Counted from the stretch's first letter, positions 30,776 to 42,179 are shown. The stretch: DNA of 64,000 nucleotides from an uncultured Nitrospinota bacterium (GCA_963707985.1 CAVPRW010000010.1:288001-352000), one strand, 5' to 3'. Translations and numbers: made by a program. Notes: generated by a model not told the origin, from the letters alone.

Positions 30776-30988
30776 ACTATAGTCAGAGGGCCAATGGATG
30801 TCAATCAGCATACTCTCCCACGGGTCGAGAATGTCGTTGACAAACGGCATGATTGGCCCTAGCTTGAGGTGTAAAGGCTCGGACGGACTGTGCATCCGTG
30901 GATGGTGTGCTGTGCAGGAGGTCGTCGGCACCGTCCACGCCTTTGGACAACAACAGGGTGAAGGGCAACTCGACGAGGGAAGGCGGCT

Positions 30989-31840
30989 ATGCAGGTGCTC
31001 AGGACGATTGCCGAGCTCTCCCGCTGGCGTGCAGGTGCATCACCTCCGGTTGGCCTTGTGCCGACCATGGGGTATCTACATGCAGGGCACCTGTCATTGG
31101 TTCGACGAGCTCGATCTGAGAACGACAGCGTGGTGGTGAGCATCTTTGTCAATCCCACCCAATTCGGCCCACACGAAGACTTCCAGCGCTATCCACGCGA
31201 TCTGGACCGTGACCTCGACCTGCTTGACAGCGAGCAGGTCAATGCCATCTTCACCCCTGAGGTCGACGAAATGTACCCGCCCGGGGCATCAACGATGGTG
31301 GAAGTGGAAACCTTGACCGGCATCCTCGAAGGTGCGTCACGGCCTGGGCATTTTCGTGGCGTGGCGACGATCGTCTGCAAGCTATTTCATCTGGTGCATC
31401 CGGATCGCGCCTATTTCGGGCAGAAAGATTACCAGCAACTGCAAGTGATCCAGCAGATGGTCCACGACCTCCGGATGCCTGTCGAGGTGGTTGGTTGCCC
31501 GACTATCCGCGAGCCCGATGGGTTGGCTATGAGCTCGCGCAATGTGTATCTGCGTCCTGCTGAGCGGCAGGCAGCGGTTGTCCCGTCGCAGGCCTTGTCG
31601 CGAGCCATATATCTGTTCAACTGTGGCGTGCAGGATGGCGCCCGTCTACAGGCTGAAGTACGAAGCATGCTCGCCAAGGAGCCGCTGATCCGCATCGATT
31701 ACGTGGCGGTCGTGCATCCGCACACGCTACAGCCGGTGGTTTCAGTGGCTGCAGAAGGAGCAGTCATCTGTCTCGCCGTGTGGATCGGCCAGACGAGGTT
31801 GATAGATAATGTCCACATCATCGCTGCAGAAAGCTCATAG
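30989..31840 (+). CDS. panC: Pantoate--beta-alanine ligase
   Basis: VPTMGYLHAGH, SIFVNPTQF, RPGHF.GV, FGQKDYQQ, GLAMSSRN, RLIDN. Confidence 0.97.
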   Translation: MQVLRTIAELSRWRAGASPPVGLVPTMGYLHAGHLSLVRRARSENDSVVVSIFVNPTQFGPHEDFQRYPRDLDRDLDLLDSEQVNAIFTPEVDEMYPPGASTMVEVETLTGILEGASRPGHFRGVATIVCKLFHLVHPDRAYFGQKDYQQLQVIQQMVHDLRMPVEVVGCPTIREPDGLAMSSRNVYLRPAERQAAVVPSQALSRAIYLFNCGVQDGARLQAEVRSMLAKEPLIRIDYVAVVHPHTLQPVVSVAAEGAVICLAVWIGQTRLIDNVHIIAAESS

Positions 31841-32013
31841 TTCGCTCCCCCAGGGCATAAGTCCTGAGAGAGTTTCGAACTGCGTCACGGTCTGGAGCCT
31901 TCATCCTCATATGCTGCTTCCAAGGCGATTGACGCGGGGGGTGGTGCCGTGCTGGGAGGCGGAAGTCCCATTGTGCAGGGCAGCACTTTTGGGGAGAGTA
32001 ATGGAGAGCACCG

Positions 32014-32934
32014 ATGTCCCCACATCCCAAGACTAGCGCACCGACGCTCCTGCACACTGACTTCCCCAGCTTACCGCCACCCCACCGAGGCAAGGTTCGG
32101 GATATTTACGATTTTGGACAAACTTTGCTCATCGTGGCGACCGATCGCATCTCAGTCTTCGATGTTATTTTACCCTCTGGCATCCCTGGCAAGGGGAAAA
32201 TTCTCACCCAGCTCTCTTGCTTTTGGTTCGGGCGCACAGAGGGGCTCGTTCGAAATCATCTGATCACCGTCGATCCACAGCGCTATCCAGAGCCATGCCA
32301 GGCGTACCGCGGCGAGTTAGACGGTCGGAGCATGCTCGTGCAAAAAGCTGAACCATTGCCGGTGGAATGTGTGGTGCGTGGCTATTTGGCGGGCTCGGCC
32401 TGGGAAGATTATCGCTGCACCGGGCGGGTAGGCGATCTTTCCCTCCCCGCCGGCCTGCGGGAGGCAGCGCGCCTCGAGGCACCCCTATTCACGCCGACGA
32501 CCAAAGCTCCACAAGGCATGCATGATGAACCGATGCCCTTTGCGGCCCTGCAGGAACTGGTGGGCTCTCCCATTGCCGCGCATCTGCGCGACCTTAGTGT
32601 GGCGTTATATACAAATGGCCGACAGTTCGCCGAAACCTGCGGTCTTATCCTCGCCGATACCAAATTCGAGTTCGGCCTTTACGAGGGTGACGTCATCCTC
32701 ATCGATGAGCTGTTCACCCCGGACTCATCACGCTATTGGCCACGCGCCGCTTATCAACCCGGACGCTCACAACCAAGCTTCGATAAGCAATTCGTCCGCG
32801 ATTATACCACCAGCTTGGGGTGGAATCGGCAGCCTCCTGGACCTGAACTGCCGGGTGAGATCATCGAGAAAACCCGTCAACGCTATCTCGAGGCTTACCA
32901 CTTGCTCGTCGGCACCTGGCCGCAAGGTGTGTGA
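32014..32934 (+). CDS. purC: SAICAR synthase
   Basis: GKVRDIY, TDRIS.FD, VECVVRGYL.GS, ADTKFEFG, TPDSSRYW, SFDKQFVRD. Confidence 0.96.
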   Translation: MSPHPKTSAPTLLHTDFPSLPPPHRGKVRDIYDFGQTLLIVATDRISVFDVILPSGIPGKGKILTQLSCFWFGRTEGLVRNHLITVDPQRYPEPCQAYRGELDGRSMLVQKAEPLPVECVVRGYLAGSAWEDYRCTGRVGDLSLPAGLREAARLEAPLFTPTTKAPQGMHDEPMPFAALQELVGSPIAAHLRDLSVALYTNGRQFAETCGLILADTKFEFGLYEGDVILIDELFTPDSSRYWPRAAYQPGRSQPSFDKQFVRDYTTSLGWNRQPPGPELPGEIIEKTRQRYLEAYHLLVGTWPQGV

Positions 32935-32938
32935 AGCG

Positions 32939-34036
32939 ATGGGCAAAGTCACCACCCGCGTGGTTGCGATCGATCCAACCACGCCTGATCACACCGCCAT
33001 CGCAGAGGCAGCCTCGATTATCCGGTCGGGGCAGCTGGTGGCCTTTCCGACTGAAACGGTGTATGGGCTCGGGGCCGATGGCTTAAACCCGATTGCTCTT
33101 GGGCGCGTCTATACGGTGAAAGGTCGACCCCCCGACAATCCCCTCATCCTCCATGTCGCCAACCGAGACCAGCTCGCCCTCGTGGCGGCGGACGTCCCCT
33201 CGATTGCTCAGCGCCTGATGCAGGCGTTCTGGCCGGGGCCGTTGACCCTCATCCTACCGAAGACTGCCGGCGTACCGGACCTTGCCACCGCAGGGTTGCC
33301 CACGGTGGCTGTCCGGATGCCTGCCCATCCCGTCGCACTTGCCCTCATCATTACGGCCGACACACCGCTCGCGGCTCCCAGCGCCAATCGCTCCGGCCTA
33401 CCTAGTCCTACCACCGCACAACATGCCTTCGACGATCTTCGTGGCCGCATCCCCCTAATCCTGGATGCAGGGCCAACCCGTATTGGACTCGAATCGACCG
33501 TGCTTGATGTGACCTGTATCCCACCAATCATCCTACGCCCCGGAGGTATTGCCCGGGATGCTATCGAAGCCGTGGTCGGCCATTTGCAAGACGTGGTAAG
33601 CCTGGCCCAGCACCAGCGGTCTCCAGGGACTCGCTATCGCCATTACAGTCCACGAGCCCGCGTGTGGCTCGTGGAAGACGCCCAGCCAGAGACGCTCCAG
33701 ACAGCGGTAGCGGACGCGTTGCAGCATAGTGAGCAGGTTGGCTGTCTCCTGCACCGGCTTGAGCCCAACGACCTACCGCCCCTTGTCAAGGTGGTACAAC
33801 TCAGAGGATCAGTGGCAGACTATGCCCAGGGGCTATTTTCAGCACTTCGTGGGCTGGATGGATTGGGACTTGATGTGATTGTGGTAGAGGGGGTTCAAGA
33901 GCAGGGGCTGGGGGTAGCTGTGATGGACCGGCTCCGGCGTGCTGCCTCGCCTCCTGCTGCCTCGCCGGGCTTCACCGAAGAGTCACTTCCAGGCGCGCCG
34001 GCATCTGGGTGTCGAACGTTGGAACAACCCCTGTGA
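32939..34036 (+). CDS. sua5: Threonylcarbamoyl-AMP synthase, Sua5 type
   Basis: VAFPTETVYGLGAD, KGRP.DNPLI, FWPGPLT, AAPSAN.SG, SPG..YRHYSP, MDRLRRAA. Confidence 0.95.
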   Translation: MGKVTTRVVAIDPTTPDHTAIAEAASIIRSGQLVAFPTETVYGLGADGLNPIALGRVYTVKGRPPDNPLILHVANRDQLALVAADVPSIAQRLMQAFWPGPLTLILPKTAGVPDLATAGLPTVAVRMPAHPVALALIITADTPLAAPSANRSGLPSPTTAQHAFDDLRGRIPLILDAGPTRIGLESTVLDVTCIPPIILRPGGIARDAIEAVVGHLQDVVSLAQHQRSPGTRYRHYSPRARVWLVEDAQPETLQTAVADALQHSEQVGCLLHRLEPNDLPPLVKVVQLRGSVADYAQGLFSALRGLDGLGLDVIVVEGVQEQGLGVAVMDRLRRAASPPAASPGFTEESLPGAPASGCRTLEQPL

Positions 34037-34223
34037 CGGTATAGGTCCCTTGCACCAGCCTTGCCCCCACAACCACACGATACGTGAGGTGCCCGCCGTC
34101 AGGTAACTGCGTCTCCTGGCCGAGCAGGTGCGCAACCATCCGGTTTGCCGACCAACGCCAGACCTCCTGACCTTATGAGTTCCGGATCAGGAAGTCGTAG
34201 TGCTGGCCCCGTTACCCTCGACG

Positions 34224-35441
34224 TTAAAAGCCCCCCACATGAAGGCGGGTAATTGCCCGTCCATCTTTACTTTGGGTGCCCGTTTGCACAGCACTGTCTT
34301 TAATCGCCTGCTCAATCTGGGCAGGGGTGGCTGTTGGATGCGAGGATAAGAACAGGGCTGCTGCCCCGGCCACATGTGGGGAGGCCATCGAGGTGCCAGA
34401 GAGAACTTGCGTCCCACCTCCCAATTTGGTGGAGAGAATGCTTACCCCCGGAGCCCAGATATCCACACAGTTACCGTAGTTGCTGAAGCCTGCCTCCTGC
34501 TCATCCATATCTGTGGCGGCCACTGTCATCACCCCATCTATGGTTCCAAGGCGCGACGGTGAGCCATTGCATGCATCAGCACTCTCATTCCCTGCTGCCA
34601 CAGCATAGAAGAAGCCAGCGTTCACCGAATTGGTCACGGCTGTGTCCAGAGCTTGGCTGGCCGCTCCACCCAGACTCATGTTGACCACCCCCGGTTTGGG
34701 GCCGTCGGCCGTCACCAGGTCCACCCCTTTGATCACGCTGGAGGTCGACCCGGTGCCGAGACAAGAGAGCACTTTAATTCCAGCCAATGGTGCTCCCGGC
34801 GCAACTCCCACCACGTTAAGGTCGTTATCCTGGGCGGAGGCTGTCCCCGCAACATGGGTGCCGTGACCTTGGCAGTCTGTATTGAGGAAGTCCGGAAATG
34901 GCAGCAGCTTAACATGGGCCACAACGTTGAGATCGCCTTGTCCGGAGTCGATGCCGGTATCAATGATATAGACTATTACGTTAGTGATCGCACCCTGACC
35001 ATCTCCCGCGTGCGTGGAGCTGAGATCGGCGTCGATGCGATCGATCCCCCAAGGAAGCTGCTGGGCCTTCATCCTCATCTCACCGTCAGGTTCCATGGAG
35101 GCCACCCATGGATGTCCCTTGAGGAGGTCGATTTGCTGGTCGGTCAGGCGGGCAGCAAACCCACGCAGCGCAGCGCTATAGACATGATCAGCATGAAATC
35201 CAAACGCGCTTTCAAGGGCTTGGACGGCTCCCAAGACGTTGCGATCGAGGTAGCTCCATGCCGGAGGGTCTTGACGTTCTCGCTCGCCAGGTTGATACCG
35301 CTCACCCAAATTGTCAAATGGTGTTTGTACATCAAACACAACAATCATCGACATACGGCTTTGCTGAGCCCAGACCAGGTCAGTATAGATAAGTGGCAGC
35401 GCCATCATAATTAGCAGGCCTAGTTGCTTCCGATAGACCAT
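34224..35441 (-). CDS. S8 subtilisin-like serine peptidase with signal peptide and I9 propeptide
   Basis: IIDTG (Asp), HGTHVAGT (His), SGTSMASPHVAG (Ser), AAGN. Confidence 0.95.
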   Translation of the reverse strand: MVYRKQLGLLIMMALPLIYTDLVWAQQSRMSMIVVFDVQTPFDNLGERYQPGERERQDPPAWSYLDRNVLGAVQALESAFGFHADHVYSAALRGFAARLTDQQIDLLKGHPWVASMEPDGEMRMKAQQLPWGIDRIDADLSSTHAGDGQGAITNVIVYIIDTGIDSGQGDLNVVAHVKLLPFPDFLNTDCQGHGTHVAGTASAQDNDLNVVGVAPGAPLAGIKVLSCLGTGSTSSVIKGVDLVTADGPKPGVVNMSLGGAASQALDTAVTNSVNAGFFYAVAAGNESADACNGSPSRLGTIDGVMTVAATDMDEQEAGFSNYGNCVDIWAPGVSILSTKLGGGTQVLSGTSMASPHVAGAAALFLSSHPTATPAQIEQAIKDSAVQTGTQSKDGRAITRLHVGGF

Positions 35442-35911
35442 ACACTTCTCCTCCTCTACCGCTATTTTCATGCTACTCCACCCTTGCGTGGTCAGGTGGT
35501 ATGTTCCCCAGCCTCCCAACCACGAGACGCACACCTGCACACGTTAGACGTCGCGAGGTCGAGATCGCACCGCTATCAGATTGGGTATTCGACGGAAAAG
35601 CGGAGACGCGTGTGGGGTCGCCACGCCCGGAGAGGAACCTAGAAAATTTGCTGCTTCGTGACACGCGGGGAGGAGGGAGCACGATCGAGGAAGGAAGCCT
35701 CCAGGGGGAACCGCAGGCAAGGAACTGCTTATACGAGTCCATTCAAAACATGTCCTTTGACGTTCAGAAGGCTTTTCGTAACGCTTGCCAGCGAAGCATG
35801 GGATCCATGAATTTCTCCATCATATATCAATTATATTCAAAAATCATTAAAAATATCAATCGAGATGTGAGCGAGCAATTACCATGATGTGTAGAGCAAT
35901 CATTTATCCAA

Positions 35912-35949
35912 GACGCCCCACTGTCACCTCTCGCATACAGGGGGGCGTT
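35912..35949. terminator. GC-rich hairpin, possible terminator
   Basis: GACGCCCCACTGT...ACAGGGGGGCGTT pairs with one mismatch; weak U tract. Confidence 0.35.
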
Positions 35950-36160
35950 TGCGTGAAGTCAGGCATCTGAGGAAAGTGCAGCTAGGGGGAAGAGCTGTCT
36001 TTTTGCTGCGCAATGCCAAGCCTGTGAGGTGTTCCATTACCACTGGTGCCCTCCTCGATCATGCCTTCCATGCAATCGATTTGCCATACTGATCGATGAG
36101 AACACTTCAGCACATAACACCATACTTGCTTAGAGGAGTCATGCGCAGTCAAAGCCTCAC

Positions 36161-36529
36161 TTAAGCTCGCCGTCTCCGACCAGGCCGTGATCCAGGGCGT
36201 CGCTGTTGCGCCGCTTGTAGACGTGCCGCAACCTCTTTCGCTTGCTTAATGTCTTCGTCGGTGGAACGCCAGAATAGTAACCCTCCTGGCACACGTCGCA
36301 CCGTCACTGGTACACGCTGTTCACCGGCAACGCGAAGAATGCGGTTCTTCATGGTGACAGGACTCACACCTGGTGGCAAATTCATACGCGCCGCGCTATT
36401 GGAAAGCGAGGAGATCTTGCTCTTGAGGGCGTTGTAGAGGATGGGATCCATCCGCGGTCCACGCCCCATTTTGCGCGCCTCCTCTAAGGGAATATCTTCA
36501 AACTCTATCGCCAACTTCCGGTCGTCCAT
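36161..36529 (-). CDS. Hypothetical basic 122-aa protein
   Basis: GGGAGG RBS; clean ORF; Arg-rich C-terminus. Confidence 0.75.
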   Translation of the reverse strand: MDDRKLAIEFEDIPLEEARKMGRGPRMDPILYNALKSKISSLSNSAARMNLPPGVSPVTMKNRILRVAGEQRVPVTVRRVPGGLLFWRSTDEDIKQAKEVAARLQAAQQRRPGSRPGRRRRA

Positions 36530-37258
36530 GTTCTTCGCCTCCCGCTATCACTAACTTGTACCCACGCTGTTTCTTCAGGAATCATTCTACTCATCCACTA
36601 TAACACATGGAAAGGTGTTTGCAATAGAATTATATGAAAAGAGATGCTTTTCTCCGAGTGATCTTCACTGATGCACGACATTTCGTGCACCAAGGTATAG
36701 CCGATTACACGTCCATGAAGTGCCATTAGATCAGTCTCAAAAGTGAGACGAAATAGAATGCCTTCTTGGAACCAGACGCCGGACCAGTCAAGCACATGTA
36801 TGGGGTCCTGTCAAAATTGGGGCCAGATGAGTAGTCTCAAGGCAATGGCTCTATCCGTACTCGGAGATCTCATGAAGCATTGTAACATATCCAATCAGAT
36901 GAGGCATGTGCACCTGGATGCCGATGTTACACACTGAACGGCAACTGGGTATGGTGACAGGAGGCATTCACCCCCACGATTGTCTGCGCCATGACCGCCA
37001 ATGAAGGCTATGACCATACTGTAGAGCACCGCGAGTGCTCTTCCCGGAGCAGGTGGCAATTAAGCCCGACAGGGATGGACGCGGTTCTTGTCTGGTGGCC
37101 GTAGCTCGGCAGAGTAAACCCCACGCTCTTGCCCAACGTGGCAAGAGAGGGTGAAGGGAAGCGATCATCAGGGGTATGCTGGTGAAAGCACTTATCGAGG
37201 GCGGAATCCGGGAGCCAGCATCGCTGCAGTGGCTCCCGGCGGGTCGGAAGGTGACAGG

Positions 37259-38713
37259 TTAGGCGTGCAGGAGTTCGATCGCCTCCTCGTAGATTTCCAT
37301 ATTCTTGCCGAAGGAAATCGCTGCCGCTTGGGCCCCCGCGATGAGATGGCGCCAGCGCCAGGGCGCACGCGTCGCATAGAACTCCTCGACGACGGCTTGA
37401 TGGTGCTTGAAGGCATGCATTTCGGTGAAGTTATCGTGGCACGCAATCTCGGCCAGGCGTGTAATCAAGGCGGTCGCGTCGTAGCCGAAGTTGACATATT
37501 GCTGGGCGAGGTTCACCGTGATTTTAACCTCCGGCACGGCCCGCAATTGTCCAAGATTGGCCACTGTTGCCCAGTCGATTGGTGGCTGGTGATAGATACT
37601 GTCGGCCAGGGCATCCAATAGCTCGTCTTGTGTGCGATAGGGAAGGGCCGCCACGGCCCCGGCATCAGGCTGGGGCAATGGCTCCATTCGCCTTTGCGTC
37701 GATCGCACCTCCGGCCCTGTATGCCACATCAGCAACGCCAGCAGCTTATTGCGCAAGCTCAGGCCATCCAGTTGCATGAGGTAGCGACGGAGATTCACCC
37801 CGGTATGCAGATGAACATCCATCGGATTGCCGGTCAGCGAGCGCAAAAACAAGCTTGCCGCTCCGATCGAGAGAGCCTCACCGGCCCCTTCCAATGAAAT
37901 CCCATCGGCAAGAGCTTTGGCAAGCATCTCCGGGATCTCTGCATAGGTGTTACACTGTCCGATGCGTTCGCCGAGGTCACCGATGGCCGGTGTTTCATCG
38001 TTTCCAGTGTGCTGCCGCAGCGCTCGTGTCAAGAGCTGATATTCGTCGAGAAGCCCCTCGAACTCAGGAATCGCCGGTGGCGTCGGAAAGCGGGTCACGT
38101 AGCGCACGGCAGGCCGCATGAGGATGGGAAGATACTCACGCCCCAACCATTCGACCGCTCTCCAGGTGAAGGACGGAAAGATGAAATAATGATCATCCTG
38201 CACGTTCTTGGGGATCGCAACCGTCAACAACAAATCCAGGGCTTCGACCGCTGGGATGTTGTCCCAGAGCCAGAGAAAATAGTGATCAGCCTGATTGTAT
38301 ACCCCACGGTCGACGGCCCCGAGGAAAGCACGTTTGGTGGCTTCGACGCCTCCCGCGTCGATGGGCTCGAAGTCAGGCAGCATGTATGGCCCCATACCGG
38401 GATGATGAATGTGCTTATTCGACAGGGCAACGTGCTGCAGGACGGGTAGAAAACGGTTTTCGGCCGACACGCGCTCGGCGATATGCCGGATCGCATGAAT
38501 GCCTACTAACGGATGCAAGGGGCCGCCATGATGCCCCGGCGGGAGGTCTGATGAGCGTGTCACCGCCAGTGCTGAAGCGGTCAGCATGGTCTTAATAGGT
38601 ACACCACCCCGAAGTTTTTCCAAGGTTTGTTCGATAATCTCACTCGGAGCAGTTTCCTCGATAAACTGCACGAGAGGTTCGATCTCGTTAGCAAATTGCA
38701 CGCGTCGATACAT
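37259..38713 (-). CDS. Hypothetical helical protein with His clusters
   Basis: About 484 aa, AAGGAG RBS; GHHGGPLH, DDHYF, DVHLH, EMHAFKHH. Confidence 0.8.
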   Translation of the reverse strand: MYRRVQFANEIEPLVQFIEETAPSEIIEQTLEKLRGGVPIKTMLTASALAVTRSSDLPPGHHGGPLHPLVGIHAIRHIAERVSAENRFLPVLQHVALSNKHIHHPGMGPYMLPDFEPIDAGGVEATKRAFLGAVDRGVYNQADHYFLWLWDNIPAVEALDLLLTVAIPKNVQDDHYFIFPSFTWRAVEWLGREYLPILMRPAVRYVTRFPTPPAIPEFEGLLDEYQLLTRALRQHTGNDETPAIGDLGERIGQCNTYAEIPEMLAKALADGISLEGAGEALSIGAASLFLRSLTGNPMDVHLHTGVNLRRYLMQLDGLSLRNKLLALLMWHTGPEVRSTQRRMEPLPQPDAGAVAALPYRTQDELLDALADSIYHQPPIDWATVANLGQLRAVPEVKITVNLAQQYVNFGYDATALITRLAEIACHDNFTEMHAFKHHQAVVEEFYATRAPWRWRHLIAGAQAAAISFGKNMEIYEEAIELLHA

Positions 38714-39531
38714 GCTTGTCTCCTTCCCTGCTCTCAACCCAGCATTGCTGGCCATGTGGTCTGTTCAGTCAGGCACGCCATCGCAGTTCGTCATCATGCC
38801 CTGCGTGGATGCGATCTTTCAAGGCATGTCGCCATGTCTTCAGATCTGACATTACACACCGACATCATCCTTGGCAAGGATATTCTGCATTGCGATGCTT
38901 TTCCAACCCTTCGCAACAAGCATTCCGTACCATCCAAGACTCGACGCCAACCCCCTGTTCAAGCTGGGCGAAAAATCGGCGGTCGCATGCGCCAATTATG
39001 GTAGGATAAGCGGCAAACTTCCAGCCAAGGGGGACCTTCTGGAAGAGGTGGTGCTAACCAGGTCACGCCCAGCGGTGGCTGGCAATCAAGCCTTCATCGA
39101 CCGGCAGTCCTATCAATGGTGGGTAACGCGGCCTCGGGTTTGCTGAATATGACCCGCCAAATCTCCGGCATGGGCGGCATTGCCCTGGCTGGAGTGCTGC
39201 TCGAAGGCTGGCATCATGTGCACTACCCCGCGCAGGCGCCAAGTATCTCGCCGCGTCCGCAGCCAATGTAGGTCACGTGCAGCACATGTTGGAAGCGATG
39301 CTGCAACGCAGCGGAAACGTTGGCAGGCTTCTGCAAATCCGAACCGAGGCAGTGGTGAGTCGCTATCTAAGCCAGGAATCGCTTGTTGTCGCCTTTCAAG
39401 ACTGTTTTATCGTGTTCACCTGAGTGCTCGTGGCTGTCGCTGGCGCAAGCGTCTGTATTCCAGACGGGAATAAGGTCAAATCGTCGCTGACCGTGTCATG
39501 GCCGTTGGGTCTAGAGAAAAGGGGGAGAACC

Positions 39532-40668
39532 ATGAAAATCACCGGAATCGAAGCACTGGCCATCTCCGTACCTGTAAAGGCCAGCTTCTGGACCTCTTTG
39601 CAAGCAATGGGGGGTGGCAAGGCCGTGAGCGAGTTGATCGTCAAGGTGCATACCGACGACGGTCTCGTTGGCCTCGGCGAGGGGCACGGCGGACCACCGC
39701 TCGCCGCTGCCAACCTGATCCAGAACGAGTTGCAAGCACTGCTGATCGGCGAAGACCCATTGCGACCGGAATATCTCTGGAAAAAGCTCTTTTCCATTAC
39801 CCACACCCGGCGCTCCGCCTGGGAGGTGTGGGGCATCAGTCGCGAACAGCTCGAAGTCGCCCTCGCCGCCATCGACATTGCCCTGTGGGACCTCGTCGGC
39901 AAGCAGGCGGGGTTACCATTATTCCGCATCCTGGGCGGATATACGACGCAGGTGCCCGCCTACGTCACTGGCGGCTACTACACCGAAGGCCGTGGTATTT
40001 CCGAGCTGATCACCGAGTGTCAAGGATACGTCGAAGCCGGCTACCGCGCCATCAAGATCAAAGTCGGCGGCACGACGCTTGATGAAGATGTGAAGCGGGT
40101 CCAAGCCTTGCGCCAGGCGCTGGGGGATGACATCAACCTTAGTCTGGATGCCAATCGCGCCTGGGATGTGAAAACTGCCATCGAGGCCGCCCAGCGATTT
40201 GCAGACTGCCATCCCCGCTGGATCGAAGAGCCTATCCAGTGGTATGACGATATTCGGGCCCTGGCCATCCTGAAGCAGAACACCCATCTCCCCCTGGCCA
40301 GTGGCGAAAGCGCCCACACGCGCTTCGAAGCTCGCGAGTTGATCGAGCAACGCGCCATCGATATCCTGCAGTTCGATGGGACGAAGAACGGGGGGATCAC
40401 GGAATGGCGCAAGATCGCCGGCATGTGCAGCATGTACCACGTCGACATCGCGCCGCACCATGATCCTCAGATTCATGGCCACCTGGTGGCAGCCTCTCCC
40501 AATGGCCTGACGGTAGAGTCGTTCCACAACCCCGATCGCGATCCCCTCTGGCCCGATCTTTACGCCGAAAGCGCCCGCCTCGAGGGGGGTACGCTCTTTC
40601 TCAGCGAACGGCCCGGTCTAGGGATCAGCTTTAATGAGGACTTTGTGCAAAAATACCGGCAGAACTGA
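39532..40668 (+). CDS. Mandelate racemase/muconate lactonizing enzyme family protein
   Basis: AAIDIALWDL.GK..G.P, KIKVG, LDAN, WIEEP, ASGE, PGLG. Confidence 0.93.
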   Translation: MKITGIEALAISVPVKASFWTSLQAMGGGKAVSELIVKVHTDDGLVGLGEGHGGPPLAAANLIQNELQALLIGEDPLRPEYLWKKLFSITHTRRSAWEVWGISREQLEVALAAIDIALWDLVGKQAGLPLFRILGGYTTQVPAYVTGGYYTEGRGISELITECQGYVEAGYRAIKIKVGGTTLDEDVKRVQALRQALGDDINLSLDANRAWDVKTAIEAAQRFADCHPRWIEEPIQWYDDIRALAILKQNTHLPLASGESAHTRFEARELIEQRAIDILQFDGTKNGGITEWRKIAGMCSMYHVDIAPHHDPQIHGHLVAASPNGLTVESFHNPDRDPLWPDLYAESARLEGGTLFLSERPGLGISFNEDFVQKYRQN

Positions 40669-40694
40669 GGCGGAACGCTGTTGACCTCTGCTCA

Positions 40695-40976
40695 CCGGTC
40701 AGCGAGGCGGGATTTGCGGAGTCGTCTTCTGCGTAGCACATTCACCCCGGTTCTTACCAAGCTCGCGAGTCAGAACAGGTGGTCAAAGTGCTGCGTCAAA
40801 AGACGCGCGGCGCTGGCTGGGATGACCAGGGCGGCAGTGAAGAGCGTGACCCCCATGACCTGCATATGAGATTGGCATCACCGCCGCCAGGATCGGGGCG
40901 AAGGCGAAGAAAAGAGCCCGCAGGTCAGCGGCTCCAATAGGGAGGTGAGAGGCCACTCAGTCAAGCTGATCACCGT
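40695..40976 (-). pseudogene. Internally deleted metal ABC permease (ZnuB/MntB-like)
   Basis: Short N-terminus (LLEPL) joined to MQVMGVTLFTAALVIPASAARLLTQHF; about 280 bp only, with stop and frameshift. Confidence 0.7.
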
Positions 40977-41862
40977 GACGGCCCTGATAGGCCAGTGGGC
41001 TGTTGGCCACCAAGAGATAGCCGTGTTGTCGGAGGACCAGCATCTCCGAGGCATAGGTCGCGCGCAGAATTTCCGTCGTGAACACCATATCCGGTGGCCC
41101 TTGGGCGATCACGCCGCGATTGAAACAGATCAACCATGGCAGATGAGCGGCCACAGCATTGAGGTCATGTGTCGTCAGCACAATGGTGATCCCCTGATCA
41201 CATAGGTCTCTCAGCAGGTGTAAGATGTCGTGCTGCGTCTTCAGATCGACACCCATCGTCGGCTCGTCCAGAATGAGCAGTTGTGGTTTGCCTAAGAGGG
41301 CGCGTGCCAGAAAGACGCGTTGCTGCTGACCTCCCGACAATTCGCGAATATGTTGCCCGATACACCCACCTATCCCCAGCTGTTCCATGAGCTGCAATGC
41401 CGCCCCACGCTCGGATGCCCTGCACCACGGCAGCCAACTCATACCGCGATAGGCTCCCATAAGTACCACCTGCTCAGCGGTGACTGGAAACTGCCAGTCG
41501 AGTGTCTCGAGCTGAGGGACGTAACCAATGCGCGCCCGCGTCGCCCGAGTCACCGGGGCCCCGAACACGCGCACGGTCCCCTGCCATGGACGCACCAGCC
41601 CGAGCAGAGCTTTTAATAGAGTGGTCTTGCCCGAACCGGTTGGTCCCACCAAACCCGTGAGTTGGCCGGCGTGGAAGGTCAATGTCACATCGCGGAAGAT
41701 GGGTTGGCGATGATAGCCACAGGTGATGGACTGCAGGTTAGCCACAACTTCGCCACTCAAAGCCTGGCTGTCCCAAGGGTCGAGACTCTTGCCCGAGTGT
41801 TTCGCATCAGAGAGTGCTGTATCCGCCCAGGGCTCCCGACCTCCTGGTGAGTGGAGATTCAT
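40957..41862 (-). CDS. Metal (Zn/Mn/Ni) ABC transporter ATP-binding protein
   Basis: GPTGSGKTT, IGYVPQ, DWQFPVT, LSGGQQQR, LILDEPT.GVD, THDL; start uncertain. Confidence 0.92.
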   Translation of the reverse strand: MNLHSPGGREPWADTALSDAKHSGKSLDPWDSQALSGEVVANLQSITCGYHRQPIFRDVTLTFHAGQLTGLVGPTGSGKTTLLKALLGLVRPWQGTVRVFGAPVTRATRARIGYVPQLETLDWQFPVTAEQVVLMGAYRGMSWLPWCRASERGAALQLMEQLGIGGCIGQHIRELSGGQQQRVFLARALLGKPQLLILDEPTMGVDLKTQHDILHLLRDLCDQGITIVLTTHDLNAVAAHLPWLICFNRGVIAQGPPDMVFTTEILRATYASEMLVLRQHGYLLVANSPLAYQGRHGDQLD

Positions 41863-42179
41863 CGGCGCTCTTCCCTTCCATTACGAGTGCGAGACTGTCA
41901 TATCTGGAGGTGATAAAAAGTACATACATAACACTTCACAATGACGAAAAATATATTCGTGTTACCTCTCGTGGTAAAAAGCCCTCAGATTTGAATACGA
42001 CACCTTGTCCTCAGGGAGAGAGCTGTCTTGAGGAGAAGTTGGGTTGCATCACCCGTTCGGCTCTGCCCTCACCCAACCCCTCTCCCGAAGGCCGAAGAAG
42101 CGGCTTCCAAGCGCCTATACCGGGAGATGGTCCAGGGAACACGCTGGGTGAGCGCTCACGCCGGAGGCGCTGTGCCCCA

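Noticed and set aside
39080..39230. DHA2-type MFS fragment (ASGLLNMTRQISG..GIALAG)
   Set aside because: The scrap is too short and has no supporting ORF, so it is not annotated.
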